A stretch of DNA of 27,879 nt from a virus. Taxonomy: Duplodnaviria > Caudoviricetes. The notes beneath the pieces were generated by a model. It was given only the letters and a program-made list of their open reading frames with translations, made no database searches and was not told the DNA's origin. Both the position numbers and the translations under genes were made by a program. Shown piece after piece: positions 26,262 to 27,879 of this stretch; within the stretch, counting starts at the first letter, position 1, and every line of letters starts with the position of its first letter. Location of the stretch: the IMG/VR virus record IMGVR_UViG_3300017912_002763, positions 1 through 27,879 of that record, one strand, 5' to 3'.

Positions 26262-26682
26262 AAACTACTCCTGCCTCTTTAAATATTTCGTTTGTTTTTC
26301 CTATTGCTTCAACCCATCTATCTGGAGTTCCTTCTGATACAGCAACAACTCTTGATACTCCAGCTTGTATAATACCTAAAGCACAATCACCACAAACTGG
26401 TAAACCATATATGTAGAGTGTTGAATCTCTTAATGATATTCCATTTTCAGCTGCGTTATATATGCAATTCATTTCAGCATGTACCACATATTGATATTTT
26501 GTTTCTCTATCGTTATATCTTTCTTCAGTATCTTCAATACCTTTAGGAAATCCATTATAACCTGTAGCTAGTATTTTTCTATCTCGTACAGCGATAGCAC
26601 CTATTTTTCTACTTGGGTCTTTACTCCATGTAGATATTTCATATGCAATACCAAGAAATCTTTTATCCCACTTATTCAGCAA
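26242..26682 (-). CDS. cd: dCMP deaminase
   Basis: WSKDPS, ATGYNGFP, HAEMNCI, PVCGDC zinc motifs. Confidence 0.92.
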   Translation of the reverse strand: MLNKWDKRFLGIAYEISTWSKDPSRKIGAIAVRDRKILATGYNGFPKGIEDTEERYNDRETKYQYVVHAEMNCIYNAAENGISLRDSTLYIYGLPVCGDCALGIIQAGVSRVVAVSEGTPDRWVEAIGKTNEIFKEAGVVYDFTEV

Positions 26683-26923
26683 ACAACAAACTCCATTTCA
26701 TTAACTTTTCTTTTTTAACTTTCATTCTGTCTTCTATTTGTTTATCATCAACGAATCCACTCATTTTTAATATTTCTATCATACACATAACATCGCCTAT
26801 TTCATCTTGTAAATTTCTTACGTATTTAGTATCTTCTTTTGTTCGTATTACTTTACTACAAGCTTGAATTAACTCGCCACATTCTTCCATAGTAATTACT
26901 AAAGCTTCTTCTCTTTTGTTCAT
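26672..26923 (-). CDS. MazG-like nucleotide pyrophosphohydrolase
   Basis: MEECGELIQACSK...LQDEIGDV pattern (EExxE...ExxD). Confidence 0.85.
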   Translation of the reverse strand: MNKREEALVITMEECGELIQACSKVIRTKEDTKYVRNLQDEIGDVMCMIEILKMSGFVDDKQIEDRMKVKKEKLMKWSLLFAE

Positions 26924-27597
26924 TTAACTAAATCGAAATGCCTCTCATAAACATGTAAGTTTTGAACTTGCCAATAGATATTACCACCAGATTTTAAAGG
27001 ATGTCCACTAAAATATAAAGCTTTTTCAAGTTGTTCCAATACATACTTTTGCCAAGCATAATCATTCTTATAACCAAACACTACATCATTACTTCTCATT
27101 TGAACTACACAATGTAATCTTTCATCACGAATATAATATGTCACAGCGTTAGTACATATAAAATCATTCTTATCATTTTCTTTATACTCATGCCAGATAC
27201 TTGGCCTTTGATAAATCATTGATGCTCTACGTGAGTCTGGATTATCGGTTAGTTCTCTTAAAACTTTATCGTATTGTTTAAAATACTTCTTACCATAGAT
27301 TAGATGACCATAGTTAGAATTGATTTCACCATGTACATTAGCAGAATATTGCCAAGCTTGTGGTGGTTCTCTATCTCCTTCGGGATAGATATCAGTAATG
27401 TTTGTTGACTTAGATTTATACCAGTTAATTTCAGCTTTGATATAATCTTCATTAGGTTTGCCAAAGATTGATTCTTCATCAGCAACAAATGATGCACCAA
27501 TCAATTCAATTGTTTTTGCACCAGTCTTATCAGTAGTAAAGTTTTCTTTTTCTAACTCACTAATAAAATGTTTTCTTATATCAGCTACTTTCATCAT
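26920..27597 (-). CDS. 42: dCMP hydroxymethylase (T4 gp42-like, thymidylate synthase fold)
   Basis: DKTGAKTIELIGASFVADE, GEINSNYG, DFICTN, MRSNDVVFGYKNDYAWQ closely match T4 gp42, including the cytosine-specifying Asp. Confidence 0.92.
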   Translation of the reverse strand: MMKVADIRKHFISELEKENFTTDKTGAKTIELIGASFVADEESIFGKPNEDYIKAEINWYKSKSTNITDIYPEGDREPPQAWQYSANVHGEINSNYGHLIYGKKYFKQYDKVLRELTDNPDSRRASMIYQRPSIWHEYKENDKNDFICTNAVTYYIRDERLHCVVQMRSNDVVFGYKNDYAWQKYVLEQLEKALYFSGHPLKSGGNIYWQVQNLHVYERHFDLVK

Positions 27598-27879
27598 TAT
27601 TCACCGGTTGATTGAACATATCTCTGTTAGGGTCTTGGCCTTCCATTTTACCACGAAGATACGCTACACAAAATGATGCATAATTGATTAAGTCTTTGTA
27701 TGAATCTTCCAGGGATTCAAAGTTTGGTTCTTTTCCTGACTCAAGCAAAGATGTGGCACGTATTAGTTTACCTAAACATGCATCATGTAAAGTATCAATA
27801 CCTCTACGATAATGCATCTCGTGTGTTATCGTACTCTTAGCACTTGGGTCACCTTCAGATTTTCTATCTTGTGGCCTTG
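27581..27879 (-). CDS. Nucleotide-modification-associated (DUF1599/Nmad1-like) protein, 5' end outside the window
   Basis: PNFESLEDSYKDLINYASF motif; frame stays open upstream of 27817 to the window edge. Confidence 0.65.
   Translation of the reverse strand, partial: RPQDRKSEGDPSAKSTITHEMHYRRGIDTLHDACLGKLIRATSLLESGKEPNFESLEDSYKDLINYASFCVAYLRGKMEGQDPNRDMFNQPVNNDESS

Noticed and set aside
1951-27500. Nested minus-strand ORFs 1951..2148, 10812..10994 and 27300..27500
   Set aside because: Alternative frames inside conserved genes with no independent support.
26920-27597. Thymidylate synthase or dUMP hydroxymethylase call
   Set aside because: Sequence tracks T4 gp42 and keeps the Asp (KND) that selects dCMP; a dCMP hydroxylase variant is not fully excluded.
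245-27676. All plus-strand ORFs in the track (e.g. 11546..12307, 3217..3672, 17541..17906)
   Set aside because: They are antisense shadows of well-supported minus-strand genes, with F/S/L-rich composition and no recognisable motifs.

Overview
AT-rich fragment of a T4-like (Tevenvirinae/Kyanoviridae-type, probably aquatic) myovirus, with all credible genes on the minus strand. In transcription order (right to left) it holds: (1) a cytosine hypermodification island, ~27.9-20.7 kb, with a DUF1599/Nmad1-like gene, gp42-like dCMP hydroxymethylase, MazG-like pyrophosphatase, dCMP deaminase, beta-glucosyl-HMC-alpha-glucosyltransferase-like and AGT-like glycosyltransferases, a HAD phosphatase, an NTP-transferase/kinase fusion and a C5-methyltransferase-like protein with degenerate SAM motifs; (2) ribosomal protein bS21, uvsX, a gp40-position gene and gp41 helicase; (3) a 2OG-Fe(II) oxygenase and small early genes behind sigma70-type promoters; (4) a late (TATAAATA) operon, ~14.9-3.8 kb, in which about ten proteins start with a T4 capsid-targeting-like peptide, including a PD-(D/E)xK-like nuclease, a PAP2 phosphatase, a KxDG ligase-like nucleotidyltransferase and an HxGH cytidylyltransferase; (5) a spanin-like pair, nrdA and the 5' end of nrdB. 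Product calls come from motif recognition and recalled T4 sequences, not from database searches.
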